Positions 9,934-20,932 of a stretch of DNA of 64,000 nucleotides are shown one piece after another. Numbering within the stretch: position 1 is the stretch's first letter; every line of letters begins with the position of its first letter. The DNA lies in NCBI GenBank assembly GCA_963707025.1, contig CAVPOM010000004.1, forward strand, positions 384,001-448,000, given 5' to 3'. Made by a program: the position numbers and the translations under genes. Source of the DNA: an uncultured Verrucomicrobiae bacterium (GTDB lineage Bacteria; Verrucomicrobiota; Verrucomicrobiia; Limisphaerales; Palsa-1400). Under the pieces are notes generated by a model. The model worked only from the letters and a program-made list of their open reading frames with translations, was not told the origin of the DNA and searched no databases.

Positions 9934-11096
9934 GCAGTTCCCCCGCCGCCCAGCCGCCCGCCCCGCCGGAGGCGGGGAACATCGCCGATATCCGCTCCCA
10001 AACACTGGAAGATTTGCAGGGGCAATTTGCCGCCTGGAAGGAGCCGGCCTACCGGGCGGCGCAACTGCTGGAATGGCTTTACACCCACCGCGCCACCAGT
10101 TGGGACGTGATGACCAATCTGCCTGGGGCCCTGCGCCAGCGTCTGCAACGGGCCTACTCGTTTTATTCGGTGGAGATGGCCCGCCACCAGGGAGCGGGCG
10201 ACACCACGCAAAAATTTTTGTGGCGGCTGGCCGATGGGGCCTTCATCGAAACGGTCCTCATCCCGGCCAGCCCGGGCCTCTACGGGGAGGCGAGCGACCG
10301 CCACACCCTGTGTGTCTCCACGCAAGTGGGTTGCGCTTACGGCTGCCGCTTTTGCGCCAGCGGCCTGGATGGCTGGAAACGCAACCTCCGCCCCAATGAG
10401 GTTGTGGAGCAAGTGCTCGCCGTCGAGCGCTGGCAGGCCGCCCTCCCGCCGGCGCCGCCCGCGGCGCGGCCGGGCGCGCCCGGCGCGCGCCTCGTCAACA
10501 ATCTGGTCATCATGGGCATGGGCGAACCGCTGGCCAATTATGAAAACCTGCTCCGGGCCTTGCGCATCCTCAACGCGCCCTGGGGCGGGGGCATCGGCGC
10601 GCGCCGCATCACCATCTCCACCAGCGGCCTGGCCCCGCAAATCCGCCTGCTGGCCGACGAGCCGCAACAATTCCGCCTGGCCATCTCCCTGCATGGCGCG
10701 ACCGATGAGACCCGCGGACGAATCATGCCTGTCAATAAAAAGTATCCCCTGGCCGAACTCGCCGCCGCCGCCCGCTATTACCAGGATAAAAAGGGCGGCA
10801 TGATGACGCTGGAATACATTCTCATCGCCGGGGTCAACGACGGCTTGGACCAAATCAAGCCGCTGGCCGCGTTGGCCCGCCGTCTGGCCGCCAAGGTCAA
10901 TCTCATTCCTTACAATAAGGTGGAGGGGCTGGCCTGGCAGCGCCCGCCGGAGGCCGCACAGGAAAAGTTCCTGGCCGCCTTGGAGCGCGAAAAAATTCCC
11001 GCCACCCTGCGCCGCGAGAAGGGCCACGACATTGACGCCGCCTGCGGCCAGCTTCGGCTGAAAACCGAACAGGAATTACGCGGCGTCGCATCGTGA
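9930..11096 (+). CDS. rlmN: 23S rRNA/tRNA m2A methyltransferase RlmN
   Basis: CVSTQVGCAYGCRFC, MGMGEP, DIDAACGQL. Confidence 0.95.
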   Translation: MSSSPAAQPPAPPEAGNIADIRSQTLEDLQGQFAAWKEPAYRAAQLLEWLYTHRATSWDVMTNLPGALRQRLQRAYSFYSVEMARHQGAGDTTQKFLWRLADGAFIETVLIPASPGLYGEASDRHTLCVSTQVGCAYGCRFCASGLDGWKRNLRPNEVVEQVLAVERWQAALPPAPPAARPGAPGARLVNNLVIMGMGEPLANYENLLRALRILNAPWGGGIGARRITISTSGLAPQIRLLADEPQQFRLAISLHGATDETRGRIMPVNKKYPLAELAAAARYYQDKKGGMMTLEYILIAGVNDGLDQIKPLAALARRLAAKVNLIPYNKVEGLAWQRPPEAAQEKFLAALEREKIPATLRREKGHDIDAACGQLRLKTEQELRGVAS

Positions 11097-11145
11097 CGGC
11101 CTTTCCCCGGGACGCCTGGCCATTTCAAGGGTCTTCGGCGAACGT

Positions 11146-11961
11146 CTATCTGGTGGCCGGTTGGGCGAAGCGGCGCAAGTATTTTGTGGCGACGGTGAGG
11201 TCTTTGGGCCAAGGGGCGGTGATCCTGATTTCCGCGCCGGTGACGGGATGGGCGATGGTGAGCTGTTCGCAGTGCAGGGCGGCGTCGGAAATCAACGGAC
11301 GCTCGGTTTGGCCCGGTTTAAGACGGTAGCCGGGCTTGAGACTGGACAGGAGCAGGGGAGGGCCGCCATAGATCGGATCGCCGACGATGGGAAGGCGAAG
11401 GTGCTTGAGATGGACCCGGAGTTGATGGGTGCGGTCGGCGCAGGGACGACATTCCAGCAAGAGGCAGCCGGCGGCGGTGAATCTTTCGCGCACGGTGAAC
11501 TCGGTGCGCGAGGGTTTGCCGCTCTTCAGGTCCACCCGCATCACCCCGCTTTGCAGGGGGTGGGGCGCAAGGCTGGCTTCGGCGACGAAGGTGTTTTCCG
11601 TTTTGGAACCGCGCACCAGGGCAACGCAGGTTTTGTGCGGCCTGGCCGAGCCGAATTGGTTGGCGAGGGCCACCAGCGCGGGCTTGTTTTTGGCCAGAAG
11701 GATGACGCCGGTGGTGGCGGCATCCAGGCGGTGCGCGTTCATCAACCAGCCCAGGCCGCGCTGTTTGGCCCAAGGCGCGCCCCGCTCCATGCCGCCGTGC
11801 AGCATCTTCATCAGGCTGGGCCGGTCCGGATCGGCACGTTCCGGGGAGACGGGCAGGCCGGCGGGTTTGTTCAAGGCCAGCAGGTGATCGTCCTCCCAAA
11901 GAACGGGAATCGCCCAGAATTGCCCGGTCTCCGGCGAGGAAAGTCTGATGGGCCCGGCCAC
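11146..11961 (-). CDS. RluA family pseudouridine synthase
   Basis: LNKPAGL, HRLDAATTG, RTHQLRVH, PIVGDPIYG; GTG at 11961 follows the upstream stop (alternative ATG 12018/12024). Confidence 0.85.
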   Translation of the reverse strand: MAGPIRLSSPETGQFWAIPVLWEDDHLLALNKPAGLPVSPERADPDRPSLMKMLHGGMERGAPWAKQRGLGWLMNAHRLDAATTGVILLAKNKPALVALANQFGSARPHKTCVALVRGSKTENTFVAEASLAPHPLQSGVMRVDLKSGKPSRTEFTVRERFTAAGCLLLECRPCADRTHQLRVHLKHLRLPIVGDPIYGGPPLLLSSLKPGYRLKPGQTERPLISDAALHCEQLTIAHPVTGAEIRITAPWPKDLTVATKYLRRFAQPATR

Positions 11962-11962
11962 G

Positions 11963-13720
11963 CTAACCTGAGGATGGCGGGGCTTCTGCGGCGGCGGGCT
12001 TGGCCGCCTCGTGGACATGCACATGCATTTCCTGGTTTAACCAGATGCCGAAGGCGGCCGATTGGCGCAGTTCGCGCTGCGAGACGAGAAAGGCCGGCAA
12101 ATCCCGCTGCACGATGGACTCGTCCACGGGGGTCCGCCCCTTGAGATAGATGACGAATCCGTCGGCGGCGGGCTGCTCAAAAGGAGCAATCTGGCCCACC
12201 GGCAATTGATAGGCAATTCCCTTGATGTAATCAAATTCATTCTCGTCCTGGATTTCGGGAATGGCCTTGGTCTCATGACTAAAGGGCGTGAGGATTTGCG
12301 GCTTGATTTTCTGCTCCGCGCAAATGTCGTCGAAACTCAGGCCCTTGGCCAGGCCCTCCCGGGCCACCGCTTCGAAATTGGTGCCGGCGTGGATGGCCAG
12401 GTCCATGGCTTTTTGGTTGCGATAATCCTCGATCACCCTGGCGCGGACGGCTTCGAGCGGCTGGTTTTCACTGGGCAATTTGCGCTCCAGCACGACGAGG
12501 AAAAAACCGTTGGTGGCCGGGACCAGCTTGTACTGGTCGTCAGGATCGCTGGTGTCCAAATGAAAGATCATATCCAGATACACAGGGGGGATTTGCATCT
12601 CCTTGGGCGGGTTCTGCTCGTCGAAGGGCGGGGGGGTGACCACGCTCAGCCCGTTGCTGGCGGCGAACTTCTCCAGCTCATCCCGGGTGATGAGCTGATT
12701 GGTAGCGGGCGCATTGGTGGCGGGCGCATTGGTGATGAGTTGATTCTTTTTTCGGCTGTCAAAAAACAACTGGGTCAGTTGCATGGCGTTGGTGCGGGCG
12801 GCCTCCGCGCTTCTCTGCAGGCGGTAATTCTCCTTCATTTTGGCCTTGGCCGCCTCGGCGCTGAGTGGATTGCCCGCCTCGTCCTTCCAGGACGCCGCGT
12901 CCTGGCTCAGGTATTTTTGTTCGATGAGGCTGTCCAGATTAGACGTTCCCGCCATGATGGTGTCGGCGATGGCCAGGTAATTGCTCGGATTAAACTGGAT
13001 GTAGTCAATCTGTTCGCGGTCGGGCAGGCGGTAGGCGGCTTGTCGTTTGACGTATAAATCCTGGATGTCCTGCTCGGTGGGGACGATTTGGGCCGTGTAA
13101 TTGGTCAGGGGAAAACGGGCCAGCTCGACCGACATGGATTCATGGTCGCGCCGGAAGAAGGATTCCACTTCCTTGGAGGTGATGAGTTCCCCGTTCATGC
13201 CGTAAAGCTCGATTAAAATCTTCATGCCCACTTGATCGCTCACCCAGTGATAAAAGTCATCCTCGCTCACTTTGCCCTTGTCGTTGAGATCATTTCTGAC
13301 AAACTCCTCAAACTTGTCCTTGGACAAGGTTTGGCCCGGCTGAACGCGGAAGATCTTCCGGGTCAACTCGGCCGTCGCTTCCACCGGCACGTCCAGATCC
13401 ATTTCTTTGAGCTTGGCCGCGATGTAGAGTTGCCGGAAGGCCAGGCCCGTCAACTGCTGCGTGGTCTCCTCGGAGGTGGCCGGCCAGCGTCCCGTCATCA
13501 TAAACATGGCCACTTTGGCCTCCCGCATAGCCGCATCGAATTGGGGCTGGCCGACCGGTTCGCCATCAATCGTCCCGGCCGCAACGGACGGGCCGGAACC
13601 GCCGCCGCCGCCGCCGCCCCGGTTGGCGTTGGGCGTCAGGTAGTAAACAAAGGTAACGATGGTCGCGACGATGATGATCCACATGACCGTCTTGTGATGC
13701 CGCCGAAATGCATTGGTCAT
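11963..13720 (-). CDS. SurA/PpiD-like membrane-anchored periplasmic chaperone
   Basis: N-terminal TM helix, then PpiD-like architecture (AGTIDGEPV, PTEQDIQDLY, YRLPDREQIDYI, PLEAVRARVIEDY). Confidence 0.7.
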   Translation of the reverse strand: MTNAFRRHHKTVMWIIIVATIVTFVYYLTPNANRGGGGGGGSGPSVAAGTIDGEPVGQPQFDAAMREAKVAMFMMTGRWPATSEETTQQLTGLAFRQLYIAAKLKEMDLDVPVEATAELTRKIFRVQPGQTLSKDKFEEFVRNDLNDKGKVSEDDFYHWVSDQVGMKILIELYGMNGELITSKEVESFFRRDHESMSVELARFPLTNYTAQIVPTEQDIQDLYVKRQAAYRLPDREQIDYIQFNPSNYLAIADTIMAGTSNLDSLIEQKYLSQDAASWKDEAGNPLSAEAAKAKMKENYRLQRSAEAARTNAMQLTQLFFDSRKKNQLITNAPATNAPATNQLITRDELEKFAASNGLSVVTPPPFDEQNPPKEMQIPPVYLDMIFHLDTSDPDDQYKLVPATNGFFLVVLERKLPSENQPLEAVRARVIEDYRNQKAMDLAIHAGTNFEAVAREGLAKGLSFDDICAEQKIKPQILTPFSHETKAIPEIQDENEFDYIKGIAYQLPVGQIAPFEQPAADGFVIYLKGRTPVDESIVQRDLPAFLVSQRELRQSAAFGIWLNQEMHVHVHEAAKPAAAEAPPSSG

Positions 13721-14021
13721 ATTATGCCTTCAATTGCTTTAAAACTTTGCAAGCCACCAGAGTAGCTGCCGCGCGGGGGCATGGTCAAACGCAAAAAGGC
13801 GGCTGCGGACTCGATCCCCAATCATAAGCGGCTTTTCCGCGAGCGAGGTCGTCTCGACCGCATCCGCCGGTGTCCGGCAGGCGGAACCTTTCCTCCGAAA
13901 CTGGCCCGCCTGTTGGGTGAGTCCGCAAGCACCTCGCTAATGATTCGGGCTATGCAAGGTTTGGCGCTGGAGATTTTGACCTGCCCCGGTAGATTAAGCT
14001 AGGCGCAGAGCCAAACATAAT

Positions 14022-15848
14022 ATGAATAACAAGCACGCAAATGAACCGGTTCATCCCAGGGAACAGCGCGGTGCGCGGCTGCTGCGGCCCCGGCGCTTGC
14101 TCCGGGTGCTGACGTGCGTGGGTGTGTTGGCTGGGATGGCCGGGCATCTGCGGGCGGCCACGTACGTGGTTGATCAGGCCGCCCCCGGCGCGGCCGACAC
14201 CAATCCGGGAACCGGGGAGCAGCCTTTCAAAACCGTGCAGCACGCCGCCGACATCGCCAAGCCGGGCGACACCGTCTACGTCATGGCGGGCCAGTACGAC
14301 GAACGGGTCAGGGTCAGGACCGGCGGCATGGAGGGCCAGCCGGTCGCCTTCGTGGCCATGCCCCGGCGCTCGGCCACCGTGGGCGGCTTCGACCTGGGCG
14401 CAAGTTACATCCGCGTGGAAGGCTTCGAGATCACGGCCGGCCGGCCCGCCACCGCCTTCCAACTGCGCGCCAGCCACTGCGAAATCCTCGACAACTACAT
14501 CCACGACATGATGGTGGGCGTCAACAGGACGACCGGCAAGCCGGCCGCCGATGGCACTCGCGATTACTCCGCGGTGGCGCACAACCGCATCGCCTATAAC
14601 AAGGTTTACCACAGCGAGTACGGCTTCGTTCTGGGCGGGGACGACTGGCTGGCGGAGAACAACGAAGTCAACCGCCTCTTCATGTACGCCTCGGGCAACA
14701 AAAACGACGACTGCGATTACTCCCGCTTCTTCGGCAAGGGCTGCATCGAGCGTTACAATTACTATCACGGCAGCACCCAGCAGGAAATCAAGACGGCCCA
14801 TGTGGATTGCCTCCAGACCTTCTGCGTCAACGGCGAGGTCGCGACGGACCTGCTCTTCGAGTACAACACCTGTTTTGACTTCCACCAGATGTGCATGGTG
14901 GAGAGCACTCCCCACCTCGGCAGCGTGCGGAACTGGACCTTCCGCCACAACATCGCCTCCCCCAATTCCCCCTCCATGCGCGGCGGCTGGGGCCCGGACA
15001 TCATTCAGACCCTCGACGTGACCATCGAGAACTGCACCATCTCCACAGTCAATTGGGCCGCCATCGGCCTGCGCGGCAAGGAATCCACCGGCGGGCTGAT
15101 CCGCAACAACATCCTCTGCGAGGCCGAGCGGGCCGTCGTGGACGGCGACAACGACTTCTCCGCGGCCAACCCGGTCATGGAGTACAACCTGACCTTCAAG
15201 ACCGCGCCGCTCGCGCGCGGGACCAACCTCAACGGCCAGGACCCGCTCTTTGTGGACCCGCAGAAGCGGGATTTCCGCCTGCGCAAAGGCAGCCCGGCCA
15301 TCGGGGCGGGCAAGGGCGGCGTGACCATCGGTGCTCTGGAGTACCCCAACATTTATTACGTGGATCCTCGTCATCCCGCCGCCGCGGATGAGCCGGCGTG
15401 GGGCTATCCGGCCGTGCCGCTGGCCACTCTGTCCAAGGCTTGCGCCCTCGCCCAGCCGGGAGAAACCATCCTCCTCCGGGGCGGAATATACCGCGAGCTT
15501 CTGGCCCCAAAAAACGACGGCGTCACCGTTCGCGCCATGAAAGGCGAGAAAGTGGCGATCAGCGGTGCCGACCTGATCGAAGGCTGGCAGCGCGAGGCCG
15601 ACGGCAGTTGGTCGGCGCCGTTGCCCGCCGGGCCAAAGAAACTCCTGCGCGACCGCCAGCTCTGGACCCAGTTCAGCTATAACCAGCCAGCCCGGCGAAT
15701 CATGTTAAAGTCCGGCGGCGACCCCCGCCTTCACCTCTTCGAGACAGTCCTGCGCGAGCAGCCCATCGCCCTGGCCGGCCACAAGGACGTGAAAATCGAG
15801 GACATCACAGTAGTTGACACTTTAAAGGCGGCAGCCCCTAACCAATGA
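14022..15848 (+). CDS. Secreted right-handed parallel beta-helix (pectin lyase fold) protein
   Basis: Signal peptide, DTNPGTGEQPFKTVQHA, PGDTVYV..GQYDE cap, Asn-rich rungs, DPLFVD...DFRLRKGSPAIGAG. Confidence 0.8.
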   Translation: MNNKHANEPVHPREQRGARLLRPRRLLRVLTCVGVLAGMAGHLRAATYVVDQAAPGAADTNPGTGEQPFKTVQHAADIAKPGDTVYVMAGQYDERVRVRTGGMEGQPVAFVAMPRRSATVGGFDLGASYIRVEGFEITAGRPATAFQLRASHCEILDNYIHDMMVGVNRTTGKPAADGTRDYSAVAHNRIAYNKVYHSEYGFVLGGDDWLAENNEVNRLFMYASGNKNDDCDYSRFFGKGCIERYNYYHGSTQQEIKTAHVDCLQTFCVNGEVATDLLFEYNTCFDFHQMCMVESTPHLGSVRNWTFRHNIASPNSPSMRGGWGPDIIQTLDVTIENCTISTVNWAAIGLRGKESTGGLIRNNILCEAERAVVDGDNDFSAANPVMEYNLTFKTAPLARGTNLNGQDPLFVDPQKRDFRLRKGSPAIGAGKGGVTIGALEYPNIYYVDPRHPAAADEPAWGYPAVPLATLSKACALAQPGETILLRGGIYRELLAPKNDGVTVRAMKGEKVAISGADLIEGWQREADGSWSAPLPAGPKKLLRDRQLWTQFSYNQPARRIMLKSGGDPRLHLFETVLREQPIALAGHKDVKIEDITVVDTLKAAAPNQ

Positions 15849-16054
15849 CTTACTTTTCGTGAGGCGTGAAGCCCACGCCATCCCGGTTTCCCTCTTCCCA
15901 GGGAATTAGCCAACATGGCGAAGGAAGGGTAGCTCATTAAAGGGGTCCTCGCAATGCCGCATTTATGCTTGACCTGCCTGGCCGGGTGGTTCAGCCCGCC
16001 TTGGCGCGCCGGGACAGGGCCGGGCGCAGCATGGCAATCATCACTCGAGGCATA

Positions 16055-16086
16055 ATTCTGCATTCTGCATTCTTCATTCTGCATTT
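16055..16086 (+). repeat. Tandem ATTCTGC-type heptamer repeat
   Basis: ATTCTGC ATTCTGC ATTCTTC ATTCTGC directly after the GH2-like stop codon. Confidence 0.6.
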
Positions 16087-16091
16087 CTCTG

Positions 16092-19000
16092 TCACCACCC
16101 GAAGAAACGATAGGGGTCATCCCACTCGGTGGGCCGCGTCAGGTATAGCCCGTCCAGCCAGCGGCCGACGGCCGGGTCCGCGACCGGCTCCAGGCGCACA
16201 TCGGCCAGCCACAGTTTGCCAGTGCCGGTGAACCAAATCTGGAACTTGCTCCCTTTGGCTGCGGTGTCCTTGGCTTGGAGCACCACGGTGTTCGTCTGCC
16301 ATTCCGCTTTGGGCGTGAAATTCTGGTAATCGAAGAGCGCCTGCCAATTGGCTGTATTCTGCACGGTCCAACTGATCTCCTTGCTGGTCAGCCCCTCGGC
16401 TCGCGTTCGCAGCGACAGCCGGTACCACTGCCCGCCCCGGATGGGCAGATCGTGTTGGGCGATCATGACCTCCGGCGCTTTGGCCCCGGCCACGGCGGGC
16501 GGCACCGCGATGAGTTGCGCCCAACCGCCGTCCGGCCCGGCCAGCGCCTCCCGCGCGCAGGTGGCGTCTTTGGGGCTTGCGCTGAATTCCCATTGGTCGG
16601 CCAGGCCGTTGCCGTTGGCAGCGGCGCTGAAGTCACCATTCCTTGCCACCGACGGCCCGTTGGCCGCGCCCACCGGGTCGCCGAACCTCTCCAACAGCGG
16701 CGTCGAGCCGGACACGCCGAGATTTCCCAGCAGCCGGCTCACTGCGAAGGAGGCGCGCCCGAAGGTGCGGCGCAGGTTGAATGGCTCGGGCAACGCTCCC
16801 ATCACTTTGCTCACTTGAAACGGCGGGAGTTGGCAGAAGACGATGTTGCCCGTCGCTGCCAGCACCCCGTCGCCGTATGGCGTTGCGCCCTCCGCCACCA
16901 AGGGCAGCTTGCGCGGATCGCGGTTATGCACATCCGCCGGTGCTACTCCGGCCAGCAGCGAATGGGCGCTGAAAGGGGGAAAGAAGGCCGCGATATGCTC
17001 CGCCGCCTGCATTGTCACCTTCGTGGGCAGGAATGAGTTGGCTTCCGCCTGGTCCAGTCCGAGGGCCAGGACGCGGCCTCCCGTCTTCACCCAAGCGCCG
17101 ACAGCCGAACTCTGGGCCGCAAGCTCGCGGTCTCCGCCCGGTCCAACCACCAGCACCTGATCGGCCGCTGGCGGCTCGCCTTTAAAGGGCGCGGCTTCGA
17201 CCCCGCAGGCCGCCAGCCAGGCCAGGCCGGCGGGTTCGCCGGCGTAAACGGCAGTGCGCCGGGGAGATGGACGCCACGCCTCGATATACCGCAGGATGTT
17301 GCCCGCCAATGTCTCAGCCGCCGGGTCGCTCTCGGTCCGCCCGGTCACGTCCATCTGGCAGAACAGGACCAGGCCGCGGCCCTCGCGGTATTCCAGCAGC
17401 GGGCTGTACTGAAGGGCGTAGCCGCCGTCAACAATCGGCAGGAAGTCACCCCGCGGCGGCTTCTCGATCAGCACCGAGGCGACGTTGCCCCAGTTGCCGC
17501 AGCGCCACAGCCGGGTGACTTCCAGTCCGCACCAGCGCACCGTCGGCGCGCCGTTGTAGCGTTGACTCAGCGTATAAGACATCGTGGGGGGCAGCAGAGT
17601 GGAGGAGCCGCGCCAGTCGCGCAGGTTTTCGGTCTTGAGGCCGGCCAGCAGCGGGCTGTCCGGCACGCGCGGCCAGACCTGCCGCAGGCCGTATTCCTCG
17701 ACTCTGAAGCCGAGCCGCTTTTCGAGCGTCTCGGCGGTCTGCTCGAACACGACCACCTTCAGTCCATCGCGCACGCGCTTGAGAACGGGCGCCGGGCCGT
17801 CCACGGTCAGGGCGCTTTTGCCGATCAGGAGCACGTCGAAGCCCGAAAGATCCGCGCTGGCGCTCGACCGGCTGGCAGGCGACGCCCAGCCCGGCCAGCA
17901 ATTTGGCCGTCTGCCCGGGCGGGTCGAACAGCGCAATTCTGGAGAGCGGGCGTGGCGGCGCGGAACGCGGGATGACTTGCAGCTTAAAGGAGTCTTCCTG
18001 GCTCTCGCCGGTGCTGAACCTGAAGCTCGCGGTGATCTGATAGTCGCCCGGCGGCACGCCGGCCGGCAGCTTGAGTTGCACCGGGACGCGCGCTTGGTCG
18101 CCGGTCGGTATGACAACCTGTCTGGCACCCCCAACCGCCGGGCCAAGGTCGGCCGACCAGGACGCGTCGCAGGTCACGGTCAGGCGGGAGTTGTTGATCA
18201 CAATAAGCTGCTTCTCGATGGTTTCACCGGGGTAAAAAGTGTGGTCCTTGGTGGTGAAGTGCTCCGGCTTGCCCGCGATCCAGGCCAGCAGCGGCAGGTT
18301 ATTGCGGAGCAACGACGCGGCTGTGGGCGTGGGGACCCAGTCGGACCGCTCGTAAGCCAGATCGAAGCGGGCGTACGTCCGGTCAATGAAGTCCGGGCTG
18401 TAGCCCGGTTGCTGCAAGTTGTCCCAGTCCACGGGCAGATCCTGGCGGCGGTGTTCGAAGCCGTCGCGCAATTTCCAGAAGCGGTCGTGCTCCCAGGGCG
18501 AGTTGGCCGACAGCCCCCAGGTGCGAAAGGCCCGCCAGTTATCGGTCGTGTAGGCGGCTTGCACCGGCTGCAGTTCATCCAATCGCGCGTCGCCCACCGG
18601 GTAGGGGTAATCCCAGCGGAACCAGCCCCGCTTCTGGCGGAACTGCTGCGCTTCCCACCGCAGGTTGCGTTTTTCCCGGTCACTGATCTGGTAGGCCGCG
18701 TCGCCGAGGAACTGGGCGTTCCATTCCGCGAGGCAATACTCCCAGGGCACGGCGGCGCTGCCGAACTCGCGCACGGCCGTTGTACCAGCCGCGGTACATG
18801 GTCCAGTCCCAGCCAAACGGCGCGCCGTACTCAACCAGCATCAGCGGTTTGACCCCCGCCGTCGACCAGTGCTCGAACCAGTCGTCCAGCTCCTGGATCG
18901 GGCACGAAGTTAGGGTAGAAGTTGAGCGTGTACATCGCGCCGAGGTTGCCCGAGGAGTGATGATAGACAATGCGCGCGGGATCCAGGCGCTTGACGATGG

Positions 19001-20545
19001 CTTCGCAGCGCAAGGCCAGCCTGGCGTTGCTGCCGGCCCACTGCGTCCCGGGGATCGCTCAACCCGTCAATCATCGGGGGGTTAATATCCTCGTTGTAGC
19101 CGGTGGCATTGTGGCTCATGGCGTAGCAGACCACCGACGGGTGGCTGCCCGCGACGCGCACGTAGAACGCCGCGTGGCGCGCGTAGCCGTTGGTTTGGTC
19201 GGCCTCGGCCGACTTCCAATCGTAGGCGCTGAAGTGCGGCTGCGACAACGCCACCAGCATCCCGGTGTCGTCCGCCGCGCGCAGAATTTCCGCGAAGCTC
19301 AGATGCGAGCCAGGCTCGCAGCCGTAGTTGTGCGTATAGACAAAGTTGATCCCGAAACTCTTGAGGCGCAGGAGGCTCTCCCTGGCCCCGGCGTAGGTCG
19401 CCAGCGCCGCTCCCACCTCGGCGTTGTCCAGCGGGCACCAACGACAAGTATAATCGAGTGCCGTTCAGGTAGAAATCACGGCCATGAATCCAAAACTCCC
19501 GGAACCCGAACCGAACCGGCGTCGCGATGTCCACCGGCCTGGCCTCTCGCCTCGAGGAGCGACAGCTCGGCGTCATACTGGTTCTGAGGGCGTGTTGATG
19601 TCCCATAGTTTCGGCGGCTTCCACGACTCCGTGAACGTCGCGCGCCCGTCTTTGACGTCGCGCGCAGTGAAGGTTGGGCCGGTGAACTCGGCCACTGGGC
19701 GGCCCTGCTCGCTGATCCTGGCCCTCAGTTGGTAGTGCCCGTCGTCTGCCAGCCCCTTCAGCCCGGCCCCGAACGTGATCTGGCCCTGGCGGAACGACGT
19801 GTCAATCCTAACGTCCGAGAGCCGCGCCCCAGCCGGCTCGCCGATCAGCCAGACGTCCCCGCACAGGCCGCGGCGTTCGACGGCGCCCTTCTTTTGTTTG
19901 CCGGTGTTGGTGTCGTTGTACGACTCCATCACGGCTTTGAGCGGCATGGCCACCACCAGCAGGCTCAGGACATGCGTGGCCCCCGGCCGGACCGCGGCGG
20001 AGAGGTCCACCTGGCCGGCGGGGAAGCGAATCTCGCCCGCCTTCCGGCCGTCAACATAAACTTCCGCGTAGGAATTCAGATACTCCACATCCAGCGCAAT
20101 GCGCCGGCCCGCCCAATCGTTGGGGATGGTGATCGTGCGTTCGTACCAGGCGCTCTGGACCTCGCTTCAGATTCGTGTTCCTCCAACTCGGATCGCGGTA
20201 GAGCGTCTGGTAATCGCTCTGCATGTAGTCCTGATTGCCGGGCCAGCAGGCGGGCACCTTGTAATAACCCCAGGCGGCGGTGGGCGGCTGCGGGGCGTTA
20301 TCCGCCGCCGGCTGCCAGCGCCACAGCCCGTTGATGCAAAGCCGTTCGCGGGTGGGCGTGGTCTCGTGGAAGGCCCTGTCCGCGTCCCAGACCGCCTTGA
20401 CGCCCGGCGGCAGTGCCACCGCGGATGGCTCTTGCGCCCCTGCCGGGCTGGGCAAGGCAAGCATCGCCCACGCGAGGGCGAGCAGCAGCACCGATGGAAG
20501 TTTCGTAGTGGGAACGTCCGACGGATGGGAGCTCAGTGGGCACAT
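16092..20545 (-). CDS. Large secreted GH2-like glycoside hydrolase with C-terminal CBM4/9-like domain, split by about eight +1 frameshifts
   Basis: Consecutive frames join into signal peptide, LCINGLWRWQP, GFREFWIHGRDFYLNG, TIM-barrel motifs and NGDFS...WLADVRL. Removing single extra bases near 20168, 19587, 19535, 19432, 19044, 18900, 18775 and 17863 gives 1482 codons. Confidence 0.7.
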
Positions 20546-20932
20546 TTCGCGGGCATCTTCCCCCACCCGTGCCTGAGAATCGAGTCGAAAATCATGGCGT
20601 TTCATGCCGGGGGCGTATCAGCGAAGCGGTCGCGCCATGGTTTCGGAAACTGGTCAGTCCCGCATAATCGCATATCATCGCTTTCGTCCTGCATCGGCGG
20701 AGCCGGTTTGCCATTGAACCAGCCACTGCTATGTTCAACGGTTTCGCCATCCAGTTCAAGCCCATGCTCAAGCGCACTGGCGGTCAGCGACTCGCCCAGC
20801 GCAATGAAAGAGGTCGCGCTGGTTTCAAACGCGGTTTTTTACAGAATGGTTGTCCGCCATCTTCCGCCGGGTCCCGATTGGATCGGGACGGGAAGGGTCC
20901 CGATTGGATCGGGATTCCACCCATGCGGCAAG

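Noticed and set aside
16092..20545. Programmed frameshifting or a true pseudogene
   Set aside because: Eight scattered +1 insertions without slippery motifs or nonsense mutations are better explained by sequencing error.
20600..20800. Degenerate C-terminal remnant of a RAYT-like transposase (minus strand MGLNWMAKPLNIAVAGSMANRLR)
   Set aside because: The resemblance is too short and degraded to support without a search.
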